A stretch of 64,000 nt of DNA from an uncultured Clostridia bacterium (GTDB lineage Bacteria; Bacillota; Clostridia; Christensenellales; UBA1242): NCBI GenBank assembly GCA_944372325.1, contig CALVYR010000002.1, positions 11,729-75,728 of the forward strand, read 5' to 3'. This document shows, piece after piece, positions 36,026 to 46,037 of this stretch. The position numbers were made by a program, and so were the translations under genes. The notes below the pieces were generated by a model. That model saw only the letters and a list, made by a program, of their open reading frames with translations, did no database searches and was not told where the DNA came from. How positions within the stretch are numbered: the first letter of the stretch is position 1; every line of letters begins with the position of its first letter.

Positions 36026-37183
36026 TTATTCAATAACTTCTAAGTTATTGATAGCTTCTTCTATTAGATATTCTAAGTTTATTTTGTCCTCCTCTAAAGT
36101 AGCTTTTTTAATGGTAGGTTTGATTACAGGGTTTTTAGGAAGAAAAACTGTACAACAATCTTCGTAAGGAAGAATTGAAGTTTCATAAGTGCCTAAATCG
36201 TTAGATATCTGCATTATTTCACTTTTATCCATACCAATAAGTGGTCTAAAAACTGGTAAATCTTTTACAACACTATTGGTTACTGTAATACTTTCTAAAG
36301 TCTGACTTGCTACCTGACCTAAACTTTCCCCTGTTATTATAGCACCACAGTTATATTTTTTAGCTACTCGTTCTGCTATTCTAAGCATTATTCTTCTCAT
36401 TATAGTTATTATATACTCTTCATAGCAGTTTATGTGTATAGCTTCTTGTATCTTTGTAAACGGCACTACAAAAAGCTTGATTTTACCTGTAAAATCTTCC
36501 AATATCTCCTTTAATTTAAACACCTTTTCTTTAGCCTGCAAGCTTGTGTAAGGAAAGCTGTGAAAGTGTATAGCGCTTAAGCTTAAGCCTCTTTTAGCCA
36601 TCATGTAACCAGCTACAGGGCTATCTATTCCACCTGAAAGCATAAGCATACCCTTACCTGCTGTTCCTACTGGCATGCCTCCGTGTGCATAGATTATTTT
36701 AGTAAGTAAATAAGTTTGTCCATTTTCTCTTATTTCTATTATTATATTGGTATCTGGATTATGTAGGTCTACTTTAAGGTTTGGATTCGAGTTTAATATG
36801 ATTTCACCAATTTTTGCGGAAAAATCATCAGATTTAATTGGAAATTTTTTATCAGCTCTTTTTGTACTTATTCTAAAAGTTCCAGTAAGTTCCTTTCCAA
36901 GTTCTTGACATTTTAAAGTTATATCATCTATATTAGTAGGAAACTCAAAAGCTGGGCTCATAGACACAAGCCCAAAAACCCTTTTTAATTTTTCTATTAT
37001 CATATTGTAGTCATAATCATTATAGCCAGTGATTACATATCTTCCAGAAATCTTTTTTAATTCAAATGTAAAATCTTTTAAAGAGTGTTTTATATTTTTT
37101 ATAAGTACGTTTTCAAAAAACGCCCTATTATTTCCTTTTAAATAGAGTTCTCCATATCTCAAAATGATTACATTTTCTTTCAT
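36026..37183 (-). CDS. thiI: tRNA 4-thiouridine(8) synthase ThiI (no rhodanese domain)
   Basis: 385 aa with an N-terminal ferredoxin-like/THUMP region and the PP-loop SGGIDSPVA. Confidence 0.85.
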   Translation of the reverse strand: MKENVIILRYGELYLKGNNRAFFENVLIKNIKHSLKDFTFELKKISGRYVITGYNDYDYNMIIEKLKRVFGLVSMSPAFEFPTNIDDITLKCQELGKELTGTFRISTKRADKKFPIKSDDFSAKIGEIILNSNPNLKVDLHNPDTNIIIEIRENGQTYLLTKIIYAHGGMPVGTAGKGMLMLSGGIDSPVAGYMMAKRGLSLSAIHFHSFPYTSLQAKEKVFKLKEILEDFTGKIKLFVVPFTKIQEAIHINCYEEYIITIMRRIMLRIAERVAKKYNCGAIITGESLGQVASQTLESITVTNSVVKDLPVFRPLIGMDKSEIMQISNDLGTYETSILPYEDCCTVFLPKNPVIKPTIKKATLEEDKINLEYLIEEAINNLEVIE

Positions 37184-37189
37184 AATTCC

Positions 37190-38293
37190 TCACTGTAAAC
37201 TTACGAGTTGTTTTGCAAAATCGTTTAACTTTTGAGTAACAATTTTTGCCTCTTCTAAAGTGTTATATCTAGAAAAACTTAATCTTATACTGCTAGTTAC
37301 ATATTCCTTTTCTAATCCCATTGCAGTTAATATTCTATTTCCTACTTTAGAGCCAGAACAAGCGCTTCCTCTACTTATTAAAATATCTTCAGCTTCTAGC
37401 ATATGCACGAGCGTTTCTCCGTTTAAGCCTTTATAGCTAAGAGATAGTATATAAGGCGAAGTGTTTTCTCCATTAACTTTAAAATTCTTATCTAGATTAG
37501 CTATTATATATTTTTTTATGTCTGCTATTTGAGTGTTATAGTCTATTTCTTCTATAGCCCCCATAAAGCCCATAATTCCAGCCACATTTTCTGTACCTGA
37601 ACGAAGATTATATTCTTGTCCGCCACCAAAAATTATAGGGCTTAACTTAGACTTATTTTTAACATAAAGCGCACCTACACCTTTCGGACCATGTATTTTA
37701 TGGGCACTTATAGAATATAGATCTATATTTGGGTTTAATGTGTATTTAATTTTTCCAAATGCCTGCACCCCGTCTGAATGAAATATGGCATTAGGGCAAA
37801 TTTTATTTTTGATGTCTAAAAGTTTATCTAAATCGTTTATAGCACCAGTTTCGTTGTTTATATGCATAATAGATATAAAGCTTGTATCTGGCGTAAGCTT
37901 TTGGTTAAAGTCTTCAATATCAACTGAGCCATTACTATTAAGCTTTATAAATTCTACATTATAACCCTTATTTTTTAAATCTAGAGCAGTATTATAAACG
38001 GAAGGATGCTCACCTTCTGAAAATATTAGTTTTTTAAAATTTTTACGAAGTGTTCCATTTATAGCAAGGTTATTTGCCTCTGTAGCAGAACCTGTAAAGA
38101 TTACATTGTCCTTAAACTCAACGCCAAGCGTTTTGGCGATCAACTTTTTGCAAACAGTGAGTTGATTTTTATTTTCAATTCCTTGTTTATAAATTGATGA
38201 CGCATTAAAAAACTTATCTGTTAGATAAATATTACTATATCTAACAGATTTTTCACATGGTTTTGTTGTGCTTGCATTATCAAAATATATCAT
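37190..38293 (-). CDS. Cysteine desulfurase (class V aminotransferase, NifS/NifZ-like)
   Basis: 367 aa with the PLP-Lys block SAHKIHGPKG and the catalytic Cys loop SRGSACSG; directly upstream of thiI. Confidence 0.8.
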   Translation of the reverse strand: MIYFDNASTTKPCEKSVRYSNIYLTDKFFNASSIYKQGIENKNQLTVCKKLIAKTLGVEFKDNVIFTGSATEANNLAINGTLRKNFKKLIFSEGEHPSVYNTALDLKNKGYNVEFIKLNSNGSVDIEDFNQKLTPDTSFISIMHINNETGAINDLDKLLDIKNKICPNAIFHSDGVQAFGKIKYTLNPNIDLYSISAHKIHGPKGVGALYVKNKSKLSPIIFGGGQEYNLRSGTENVAGIMGFMGAIEEIDYNTQIADIKKYIIANLDKNFKVNGENTSPYILSLSYKGLNGETLVHMLEAEDILISRGSACSGSKVGNRILTAMGLEKEYVTSSIRLSFSRYNTLEEAKIVTQKLNDFAKQLVSLQ

Positions 38294-40698
38294 CTGAGTT
38301 TTGCCCCAAATTTATATTCACAATCTTTTAAAATTTTATTCATTGAAGAATTAACTTCCTCTTCTGTAAGAGTTTTGTCTTGTGATGACAACACTATATG
38401 AAGAGCTATACTCTTTTTGTTTTCGCCTAAACTTTTATTTCTATAGATATCAAATATGCTAGCTGAATAATATAGGTTTCCAGCAGACTTTTTAACAGAT
38501 GAGAGCAGTTTTTCTGCAGTTATCTCTTCATCTACAATAACTGCTAAATCTCTTTCAACATAAGGGAATTTAGAAATTGGTTTAACTGTAACTTTATTTT
38601 CTTTAAAGCTTAAAAGTTTGTCTATATAAATTTCTGCATAAAGAGTTTTTTCTGGAAGTTCGAAATTTGCACATACTTTTGGATGAACAACACCAAAGGT
38701 ACAAATTATTTCTTGAGAAGCTCTGTCTATAATATCAGCACTCATTCCTGGATGCATATATGGAAGCGAAGAATATTTTAATTCATATTTAAAGTTAAAG
38801 TAAGATAGTAGTTTTTCAATTGTGCCCTTTAAAGTGTAGAAATCTATATTTTCATCTATAGCTCCAATGCTAAGCATATTGATTTCCTCTGGTTGTTCAT
38901 TTAAAGGAAGTTCCTTTGGAAGATAAATTCTTCCCGCCTCAAAAAATCTTAAGTTTTTATTTCCGTGCTTAACATTATAAGAAAGTGAATTTAACATAGA
39001 GAATACCATGTTTGTTCTTACACAGGAAAGCTCATCACTTATAGGATTCCCTAGCTTTATCATATTATAGTTTTTGTGCTCAGGGGTTAGTAAAACCAAG
39101 TCACATGCATTTGGTGGACAGAATGTATAGTTTAAAGTTTCATAGTATCCGTCATCACATAGAATATTTTTTAATTTGTTTTGCATATGAAGTAGCGGAT
39201 TAAATTTACCTATAGTGTAAGCTGAATCCTTTAATGCTGGAACATCTAGGTTATCATATACATCATAGCCATATAACCTAATAATCTCTTCTGCTATATC
39301 TGCATCGTTTTCAATATCTGTTCTAAAGATAGGTACTACGCATTTAAGAACATCGCCATTAATTTCTGGCTTTAAACCTAAACAAGAAAGGATATTTAAA
39401 ATTTCCTTATTTTCAACTTTGATGCCTAAAATTTTAAATATTCTCTTTAAAGAAAAAGTAAGTTCTCTCTCTTTTGGCTCATAGCTTTTTACATCTATCA
39501 TTCCACTTACTATAGTGCCTGCCTGAAGTTTGTAAACTAAACTTAATGCAGTTTGCATGCCCTGAATTGGAGAACCAATATCAACCCCCTTTTCAAATCT
39601 GGCAGTGCTATCCGTTCTAACACCAATTGCCCTGCTTGTTGAACGGATGTTCGCCCTTTCAAAGCAAGCTGCTTCTAATACGCTTATCGTTGTGTCATCT
39701 GTGACAGAGGAGTTAACGCCACCAATAATTCCTGCAATTACATTTGGTTTAACCGCATCTGCAACCACATTAAAAGATGGTTTTAATTCATAGGTATTTC
39801 CATTTAAAACACTTATCTTTTCACCGCTTACTGCGTTTCGTATTATAATCTTGTTGCCTTCAATATATTTTTCATCAAAAGCGTGCATAGGTTGACCTTG
39901 CTCAACTAAAACATAGTTAGTTATGTCGACAATGTTGTTTACGCACTTAATTCCCACTGCATTAATGCGCTTTTTAAGCCACATTGGGCTTTCTTTTATG
40001 GTTATATCTTTTACAACGGTGGCAATATACCTAGGGCAAAGATCAAAATTTTTAACCTCTACTGAAACATAGTTTTTTACATCGTCAGTTTTGTCTACCT
40101 CATAGTAAGGGTCTTGTGAAATTAATGGCGTCTTTAAAATTGCACTAATTTCCCTTGCTATTCCAACAACACTCATGCAGTCTGGACGATTTGGAGTTAT
40201 GTTGATGTCAAATATAACATCGTCCAGGCCTAAAGCTGTTTCTATTTTTTCGCCTAAATCATGCTTTTCATTTAAAACTAAAATGCCGTATATATTTGCG
40301 CCCTTATAGTAGTCCTCTGTTATGCCAAGTTCTTCACCAGAACAGAACATACCCTCAGACACCTCTCCACGAAGATTAGATTTCTTAATTTTAACTCCAT
40401 TCACTAAATCTGCACCATCAAGAGCTACAGGAACATAATCACCTTCTCTAATATTTTTAGCAGCTGTTATAATTTGAAGTTTTCTATCTCCTAAATCAAC
40501 TTGACAAACATCTAATTTTTCAGCATTAGGATGTTTTTGTATACTTAGAATTTTACAAACATAAACATCGTGCAAATGTTTATTTTGATACTCTATCTCT
40601 TCCACTTCCAAACCAGCATTTGTGAGTTTATCTGCTAACTCTTCTGGTGAAATATCTATCTTAACAAATTCTTTTAACCAATTTAATGTTACTTTCAT
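38290..40698 (-). CDS. pheT: Phenylalanyl-tRNA synthetase beta subunit
   Basis: 802 aa starting MKVTLNWLKEF, with tRNA-binding, B3/4, B5 and FDX-ACB domain order. Confidence 0.9.
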   Translation of the reverse strand: MKVTLNWLKEFVKIDISPEELADKLTNAGLEVEEIEYQNKHLHDVYVCKILSIQKHPNAEKLDVCQVDLGDRKLQIITAAKNIREGDYVPVALDGADLVNGVKIKKSNLRGEVSEGMFCSGEELGITEDYYKGANIYGILVLNEKHDLGEKIETALGLDDVIFDINITPNRPDCMSVVGIAREISAILKTPLISQDPYYEVDKTDDVKNYVSVEVKNFDLCPRYIATVVKDITIKESPMWLKKRINAVGIKCVNNIVDITNYVLVEQGQPMHAFDEKYIEGNKIIIRNAVSGEKISVLNGNTYELKPSFNVVADAVKPNVIAGIIGGVNSSVTDDTTISVLEAACFERANIRSTSRAIGVRTDSTARFEKGVDIGSPIQGMQTALSLVYKLQAGTIVSGMIDVKSYEPKERELTFSLKRIFKILGIKVENKEILNILSCLGLKPEINGDVLKCVVPIFRTDIENDADIAEEIIRLYGYDVYDNLDVPALKDSAYTIGKFNPLLHMQNKLKNILCDDGYYETLNYTFCPPNACDLVLLTPEHKNYNMIKLGNPISDELSCVRTNMVFSMLNSLSYNVKHGNKNLRFFEAGRIYLPKELPLNEQPEEINMLSIGAIDENIDFYTLKGTIEKLLSYFNFKYELKYSSLPYMHPGMSADIIDRASQEIICTFGVVHPKVCANFELPEKTLYAEIYIDKLLSFKENKVTVKPISKFPYVERDLAVIVDEEITAEKLLSSVKKSAGNLYYSASIFDIYRNKSLGENKKSIALHIVLSSQDKTLTEEEVNSSMNKILKDCEYKFGAKLR

Positions 40699-40710
40699 TT
40701 TATAACTCCA

Positions 40711-41730
40711 TTATTTTATCTGTGATAAGAACTTTATGTCATTTTCAAACATCATTCTAATAGATGGCACTTTATATTCCGTGATAGCAAAACGATCTAC
40801 GCCAAACCCAAAGGCAAGTCCAGAATACTTTTTAGAATCTATTCCACAATTTTCTAGAACTTTTGGGTTTACCATGCCTGCGCCTAGAAGTTCCATAAAG
40901 CCAGAACCTTTACATCTTGGACACCCCTTTCCTCCACACATTGGACAAGTTGCATCGACTTCAACGCTTGGTTCTGTGAATGGGAAGAACGATGGCCTGA
41001 ATCTAATTTGAGTGTTTTCTCCAAATAGCATTTTTAAAAGTTTTGTAAGCAAAGCTTTTAAATCTATCATGCTAATGTTTTCATCTACAACTAAACCTTC
41101 TAATTGATGGAACACAGGAGAATGGGTTGCATCACTATCTGCTCTATAAGTTCTACCTGGGCTAACAATTTTAATTGGTGGCTTCATTGCTTCCATAGCT
41201 CTTATCTGCATTGCAGAAGTCTGAGAGCGCATAATGAGGTTTTGGGTAATATAAAATGAATCTTGCATATCTCTTGCTGGATGATCTTTTGGAATGTTTA
41301 GTGCTTCAAAATTATAGTAGTCTGTTTCTATTTCTGGACCATCAACAACAGTAAAGCCCATTTCTACACAGGCCTCCATAAGTTTATTCATAACTTTATT
41401 TAATGGATGAATTTGACCTCTTTCTGTATTTTTTGCAGGTTCAGTAATATCAATCTTTTCTTCAGTTAGCTTTCTTTCAAGTTCCTTTAAGTTAAGCTTT
41501 TCTTCCGTCTCTTCAATGATATTTTCAAGCCTTTCTCGAACACTATTTATAATAGCTCCAAATTTAGGCCTGTCTTCTGCTGGTATCTCTTTCATTCCTC
41601 TAAGCAAAGCTGTGAACTGGCCTTGTTTTCCTATATATTTTACTTTAAAATCTGCTAAAGTTTTTAAATCTTCTATTTTTACAAGTTCTTTTAATGCTTC
41701 TGTTTCAAGCAATTTAACCTTTTCTTCCAT
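40711..41730 (-). CDS. pheS: Phenylalanyl-tRNA synthetase alpha subunit
   Basis: 339 aa with class II motifs HPARDMQDSFY, FRPSFFPFTEPS and GFGVDR. Confidence 0.9.
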   Translation of the reverse strand: MEEKVKLLETEALKELVKIEDLKTLADFKVKYIGKQGQFTALLRGMKEIPAEDRPKFGAIINSVRERLENIIEETEEKLNLKELERKLTEEKIDITEPAKNTERGQIHPLNKVMNKLMEACVEMGFTVVDGPEIETDYYNFEALNIPKDHPARDMQDSFYITQNLIMRSQTSAMQIRAMEAMKPPIKIVSPGRTYRADSDATHSPVFHQLEGLVVDENISMIDLKALLTKLLKMLFGENTQIRFRPSFFPFTEPSVEVDATCPMCGGKGCPRCKGSGFMELLGAGMVNPKVLENCGIDSKKYSGLAFGFGVDRFAITEYKVPSIRMMFENDIKFLSQIK

Positions 41731-41820
41731 ATTTACTCCTAACTTAAAAAGTTTATCATATTACTAAAATTATAGTCAAGCAATTGACAATTTTTTGAAA
41801 AATTTTTACTTCAAAATATA

Positions 41821-41842
41821 GTACTATGCATTTGCATAGTAC
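41821..41842. promoter_or_regulatory. 22-bp near-perfect palindrome upstream of pheS (operator or plsC terminator hairpin)
   Basis: GTACTATGCA-tt-TGCATAGTAC (10+10 bp). The half-site is identical to the tandem repeat at 32198-32230. It lies 21 nt after the plsC stop and about 90 nt before the pheS start. Confidence 0.4.
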
Positions 41843-41862
41843 ACAATATTTTGTATTACTAT

Positions 41863-42453
41863 TTATTTTTCTAAACTATCTTTTAAAGAAAGCATAGCAT
41901 CTGTTAGCTTTTTACCAATTTCATCTAACAGTTCATTTGAAAGCTTTTGCCCTGCATATGCTTCCATAGAGATAGGCTCTCCAACTATTAGCCTATTCTT
42001 TTTAAATGCCCTAGGCCTTTTTTCAAGCCACATTGGCACAATTGGGGCTCCAGATTTTACAGCTATCATCCCCGCCCCATTCTTTATTTCAAGCAAGGCT
42101 TCCTCTGTTTGATTTCTTGTACCCTCTGGAAATATTGTTAAGAGTTTATCTTCTTTTAAAACTTTCAAACATGCTTTTATAGCTTTTAAATCTACTGCAT
42201 TTCTATCTATTGGTATTGCACTCATTTTCCTTAAAAACCAAGAATTAAACTTTTTGCTAAAGAGCTCCTTTTTAGCTAAAAAATGTTGTTTTCTAAAAAT
42301 TGTGGTTCCAAGAACAACAACATCTGAGTTGCTGTGGTGATTGCAAACAAGTATTGCTTTACCTTTTGGTATATTCTTTTTACCTATCAACTTTATTGGA
42401 TGAAATAACCTGTAAAATGGCCAAACTATTATTTGAATAATTTTATAAAACAT
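41863..42453 (-). CDS. plsC: 1-acyl-sn-glycerol-3-phosphate acyltransferase
   Basis: 196 aa with NHHSNSD (HX4D) and FPEGTR motifs. Confidence 0.8.
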   Translation of the reverse strand: MFYKIIQIIVWPFYRLFHPIKLIGKKNIPKGKAILVCNHHSNSDVVVLGTTIFRKQHFLAKKELFSKKFNSWFLRKMSAIPIDRNAVDLKAIKACLKVLKEDKLLTIFPEGTRNQTEEALLEIKNGAGMIAVKSGAPIVPMWLEKRPRAFKKNRLIVGEPISMEAYAGQKLSNELLDEIGKKLTDAMLSLKDSLEK

Positions 42454-42462
42454 CTTTGCCTC

Positions 42463-43170
42463 CTATATCCTACTTAAATATAATAATTCATCAGCATTTA
42501 GTTCTTTATACTTTCCTCTAGCAAGCCCGCCTAGTTTAATTTCACCTATTCTAACCCGCTTTAAAAGTATGATAGTTTTACCTATGCAATCAAACATTCT
42601 TCTAACTTGCCTGTTTTGCCCTTCGTCTATTCTAACCGAAAGCCTTGTTCTATCCTTTAAAACTTCTATTACATCCACTTTAGCTTCAGGCATACGAACA
42701 CCCTTTTCCACAACACCTGCTCTTAATACAGCGCATTCACTCTCTTTAATTTTACCCTCTATTACAACTATATATTCTTTCTCTACTTCATAGGTTGGGT
42801 GTGATAATTTATATGCTAAACTTCCATCATTTGTAAGTAAAATTAAACCTTCCGTATTGTAGTCTAATCTACCAACGGAAAAAAGACGCGATTTTGCGTC
42901 TGGAATTAAATCGTATATAGTCTTTCTTCCCTTTTCGTCATGTGAGGAACAGATATATCCTTTTGGTTTATTCAGTTTTAGATAAACAAATTGAGATACT
43001 GGTTTTACAATTTTTTCGTTTACTAAAACTACATCTTTTTTCTCATTTATTTGATAAGAAAGTTCAGTAACAACTTTTCCATTTACTTTAACTTTTCCAT
43101 CTACTATAAGTTCTTCAACTTTTCTTCTTGAACCTAGGCCGGCCTGCGCTAAATATTTATTTATTCTCAT
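42463..43170 (-). CDS. rluB: Pseudouridine synthase, RluB/RsuA family
   Basis: 235 aa with an S4 domain (MRINKYLAQAGLGSRRKVEELI) and the catalytic GRLDYNTEGL. Confidence 0.8.
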   Translation of the reverse strand: MRINKYLAQAGLGSRRKVEELIVDGKVKVNGKVVTELSYQINEKKDVVLVNEKIVKPVSQFVYLKLNKPKGYICSSHDEKGRKTIYDLIPDAKSRLFSVGRLDYNTEGLILLTNDGSLAYKLSHPTYEVEKEYIVVIEGKIKESECAVLRAGVVEKGVRMPEAKVDVIEVLKDRTRLSVRIDEGQNRQVRRMFDCIGKTIILLKRVRIGEIKLGGLARGKYKELNADELLYLSRI

Positions 43171-43191
43171 GATATTAATTTAAGATTTTTT

Positions 43192-44334
43192 TTAAGCAAT
43201 GTCAAGAAAATTTGTATTCCAATTTCTTATTATTTCTTTAATGTTATCAAAAAAGTTCACAGATTTAACTTCTTCCATTGCATAAACCTCTTCTGAAAAT
43301 AAAAGTTTATTACCTAAATAAATATTAAATTTTCCCACAATGCTATCCTTTTCTATAGGAGCTTCAATGTTTTCTGGAATATCATACTCATAAATAAGTC
43401 TGTTTTGCTCCTCTTCTGTTAGTGGATAGGAAAAGCCTTTTCTTGAATATACTTTTAAGCTTTCCTCCTTTCCATCAATAACTCCAACTCTTCTAATATA
43501 ATTATATGGTGGCACTATTTCAATTAATTTATATTCTTTAAATGCTTCCTCTAAAAGAGTTGCACATTCTTCAAACATAGGCCCACAATTAAATATAACA
43601 CAAACAAATTCAGTTCCATCTCTTTCAGCTGAACCTACAAAACATCGCCCAGCATCGTCTGTAAAGCCTGTTTTAACGCCTGTAGCCCCCTCAAATGAAT
43701 TAAGAAGTTTATTTTTATTTTTTAAATATCTAACTGGAGCTTTTTCATTTTTTGAAATTTTGTATTCCCTTGTACTTACAATTTCAGCAAAGGTCTGGTT
43801 TGAAAGCGCTTTTGCAGTTATTAAAGCCAAATCGTGAGCTGTTGTGTAATGTCCCTCTTCGTCCAAACCATGTGGGTTAGAAAATGAGGAATTAGTAGCC
43901 CCTGCTCTTTTGGCAGTTTCTAACATTAAAGCACAGAAAGCTTCTATACTATCTGAAATATGGTATGCAAGAGCTGTTGCAGCATCATTACCAGATACTA
44001 GCATCATGCCATACAATAGCTCTCGTACTGTAAGTTTTTCTCCTTTAATTAAATATATAGAAGTGCCAGGCACGCCAATTGCCCTGTCGTCTACATTTAC
44101 AATCTCATCTAAATTATCACAATTTTCAAGCACAGTTAGAGCTGTAACAATTTTTGTTGTGCTAGCCATAGCAAGTTTCTCATCTGAATTTTTAGAGTAT
44201 ATAACTCTTCCTGTAGTTTTTTCAATTAGTTCCATAGCCTTAGCTGAGGTTTGAAAATTTGCAATTGCAAAACCTTTAGGAATAAATACATTAATAGCAA
44301 GGAGTAATGCTAAGAATATAATTAGTTTTTTCAT
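43192..44334 (-). CDS. dacB: D-alanyl-D-alanine carboxypeptidase (S11), DacB-like
   Basis: 380 aa with a signal peptide, STTK (SxxK), SGND (SxN) and KTGFT (KTG). Adjacent to rluB and sporulation genes. Confidence 0.6.
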   Translation of the reverse strand: MKKLIIFLALLLAINVFIPKGFAIANFQTSAKAMELIEKTTGRVIYSKNSDEKLAMASTTKIVTALTVLENCDNLDEIVNVDDRAIGVPGTSIYLIKGEKLTVRELLYGMMLVSGNDAATALAYHISDSIEAFCALMLETAKRAGATNSSFSNPHGLDEEGHYTTAHDLALITAKALSNQTFAEIVSTREYKISKNEKAPVRYLKNKNKLLNSFEGATGVKTGFTDDAGRCFVGSAERDGTEFVCVIFNCGPMFEECATLLEEAFKEYKLIEIVPPYNYIRRVGVIDGKEESLKVYSRKGFSYPLTEEEQNRLIYEYDIPENIEAPIEKDSIVGKFNIYLGNKLLFSEEVYAMEEVKSVNFFDNIKEIIRNWNTNFLDIA

Positions 44335-44717
44335 TCTTTTTTCTCTCCTATTTTATCTACAATAGTGTTTAAAATATTTAAAAATGTTTGATATGCTGTC
44401 TTATTTTCAATATCAATAAACTTATAACTACCATGACTTTCTATTAAAAAACCAACTGGAGATACGCTCATACCTCCTCCGCTACCACCTGCCATTGGAT
44501 AATGTTTTGCTACCCTTCTAGAACTTTTATCTGAATATTCGCCCCCACCTACTATAAAGCCTACACTTACTTTTGATATAGGAATAATAATAGTTCCGTC
44601 TGGAGCTATAACTGGATCACCAATTATTGTGTTGGTTTCCATTAAAGATTTGATATTTGAGATGCTCTCGTCAATTAGATTATTGATATTAGATGTGTTT
44701 TCATCAAAGATTTTCAT
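44331..44717 (-). CDS. ytfJ: Sporulation protein YtfJ (GerW family)
   Basis: 128 aa with IIIPISKVSVGFIVGGGEY and GGSGGGMSVSPVGFLI blocks typical of YtfJ. Confidence 0.8.
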   Translation of the reverse strand: MKIFDENTSNINNLIDESISNIKSLMETNTIIGDPVIAPDGTIIIPISKVSVGFIVGGGEYSDKSSRRVAKHYPMAGGSGGGMSVSPVGFLIESHGSYKFIDIENKTAYQTFLNILNTIVDKIGEKKE

Positions 44718-44726
44718 ATACTCTCC

Positions 44727-45302
44727 TTAATTTTTTACTGATAAATAGCCCTTTTTACTGTCACTCTTTTTCACAATTATACTTGCCATAATAAATGAAT
44801 AAAGCGTATCAAAAATCGATATAGAAATTCTACCTAAAAGGCTAATTTGAAAGACTTTTTCCTTATATTCTGTATGATTAACAATGCCTATTTGAGCAGT
44901 ATCCTTTTGATTTTTTATATACCCCCAAACCATGCTAACAATAATTGAAATGCCCGCGCTCAACATTGCACTTTGAAAGGCATCTCCAGTTCCTATTTTG
45001 CTATGAAATTCAAGCTTTTTAACCTTAATTTTATCTTTTATTTGAACGGTAAATTGTTCTAAAAGCTTGATTTCTGGACCTGCTAGAGAAATTTCAATTT
45101 GTTTTGCATTCTTTTTTGTTCTAATTATCAAATTTTTACCTTTTATTTTAAAAGTTAATAACTTTATTCTTATAAACCATAATTTTAACGACAGCGTGCC
45201 CATGTTTTTATAGATGTTATAAGAAAGTCTAACTTCAAATAATATTGGTAATATTAATAATATAAACAAAAATAGAGGTATTAAAAGCCATAGACTTTGC
45301 AT
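44727..45302 (-). CDS. ytfI: DUF2953-like sporulation protein YtfI
   Basis: 191 aa with an N-terminal TM helix; sits immediately upstream of ytfJ, as ytfI does. Confidence 0.55.
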   Translation of the reverse strand: MQSLWLLIPLFLFILLILPILFEVRLSYNIYKNMGTLSLKLWFIRIKLLTFKIKGKNLIIRTKKNAKQIEISLAGPEIKLLEQFTVQIKDKIKVKKLEFHSKIGTGDAFQSAMLSAGISIIVSMVWGYIKNQKDTAQIGIVNHTEYKEKVFQISLLGRISISIFDTLYSFIMASIIVKKSDSKKGYLSVKN

Positions 45303-45334
45303 ACCTCTATTATTTTTTATTTTTAATTTTTTAT

Positions 45335-46015
45335 TCAGTTTTTTGGAACTAAGTTTAACATTTCATCCAATTGATTGGAATTTAAATATGTATCTGGAAT
45401 TTTACCCTGTATTATACTTTCAGTTAATAGAACTTCTGTTGTAGTAGATATCACCTTTGTATCTGTGGGCAAAATTAAACTAACATCTGTTTGCACATAT
45501 AAGTAAATGCTATGATTTGTTTGATTTATCCCAGCAGAGGTAAATTCTGAATGAAATCTTGTATAAATTGTTCCTATAGGAGATAGTTTAAGGCTTACTT
45601 TTGGCCCTTTGTCAGTAAAAAGAGTGATTCCTGTAAATGTACCTATACCTATTTCTATTCCCTGCTCACCTAAAGTAGTTAAATTATTCTGTGCAGAATT
45701 TAATATTTCTTTTGAAAGCAAATTTATTTTATAGGCATTTGCTGAAATCATTTTAATATCATTGTTAGAATCTTTAATTATTTCAATAAGGTCTGAATAT
45801 AGATATTCATCTTTAATCACATCATAAACTGCGCTCTCTACTGCAGACTGAGTTAAAGAACGCACTTTTGCTTCTGAGGCATCAATAATTATAGGGTTTA
45901 CCACATAATGCAAATATAAAAGTATGGAAATTATAATAAGTAAAATTATAGTAAAAACTATAATTAATTTCTTCTTAGTGGATACTTTCTTTTTTTTATA
46001 CTCATATTTTACCAC
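45335..46015 (-). CDS. yunB: Sporulation protein YunB
   Basis: 226 aa with an N-terminal TM anchor and the C-terminal block FHSEFTSAGINQTNHSIYL typical of YunB. Confidence 0.75.
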   Translation of the reverse strand: MVKYEYKKKKVSTKKKLIIVFTIILLIIISILLYLHYVVNPIIIDASEAKVRSLTQSAVESAVYDVIKDEYLYSDLIEIIKDSNNDIKMISANAYKINLLSKEILNSAQNNLTTLGEQGIEIGIGTFTGITLFTDKGPKVSLKLSPIGTIYTRFHSEFTSAGINQTNHSIYLYVQTDVSLILPTDTKVISTTTEVLLTESIIQGKIPDTYLNSNQLDEMLNLVPKN

Positions 46016-46037
46016 ATATATTTATATGCAAAAAATC

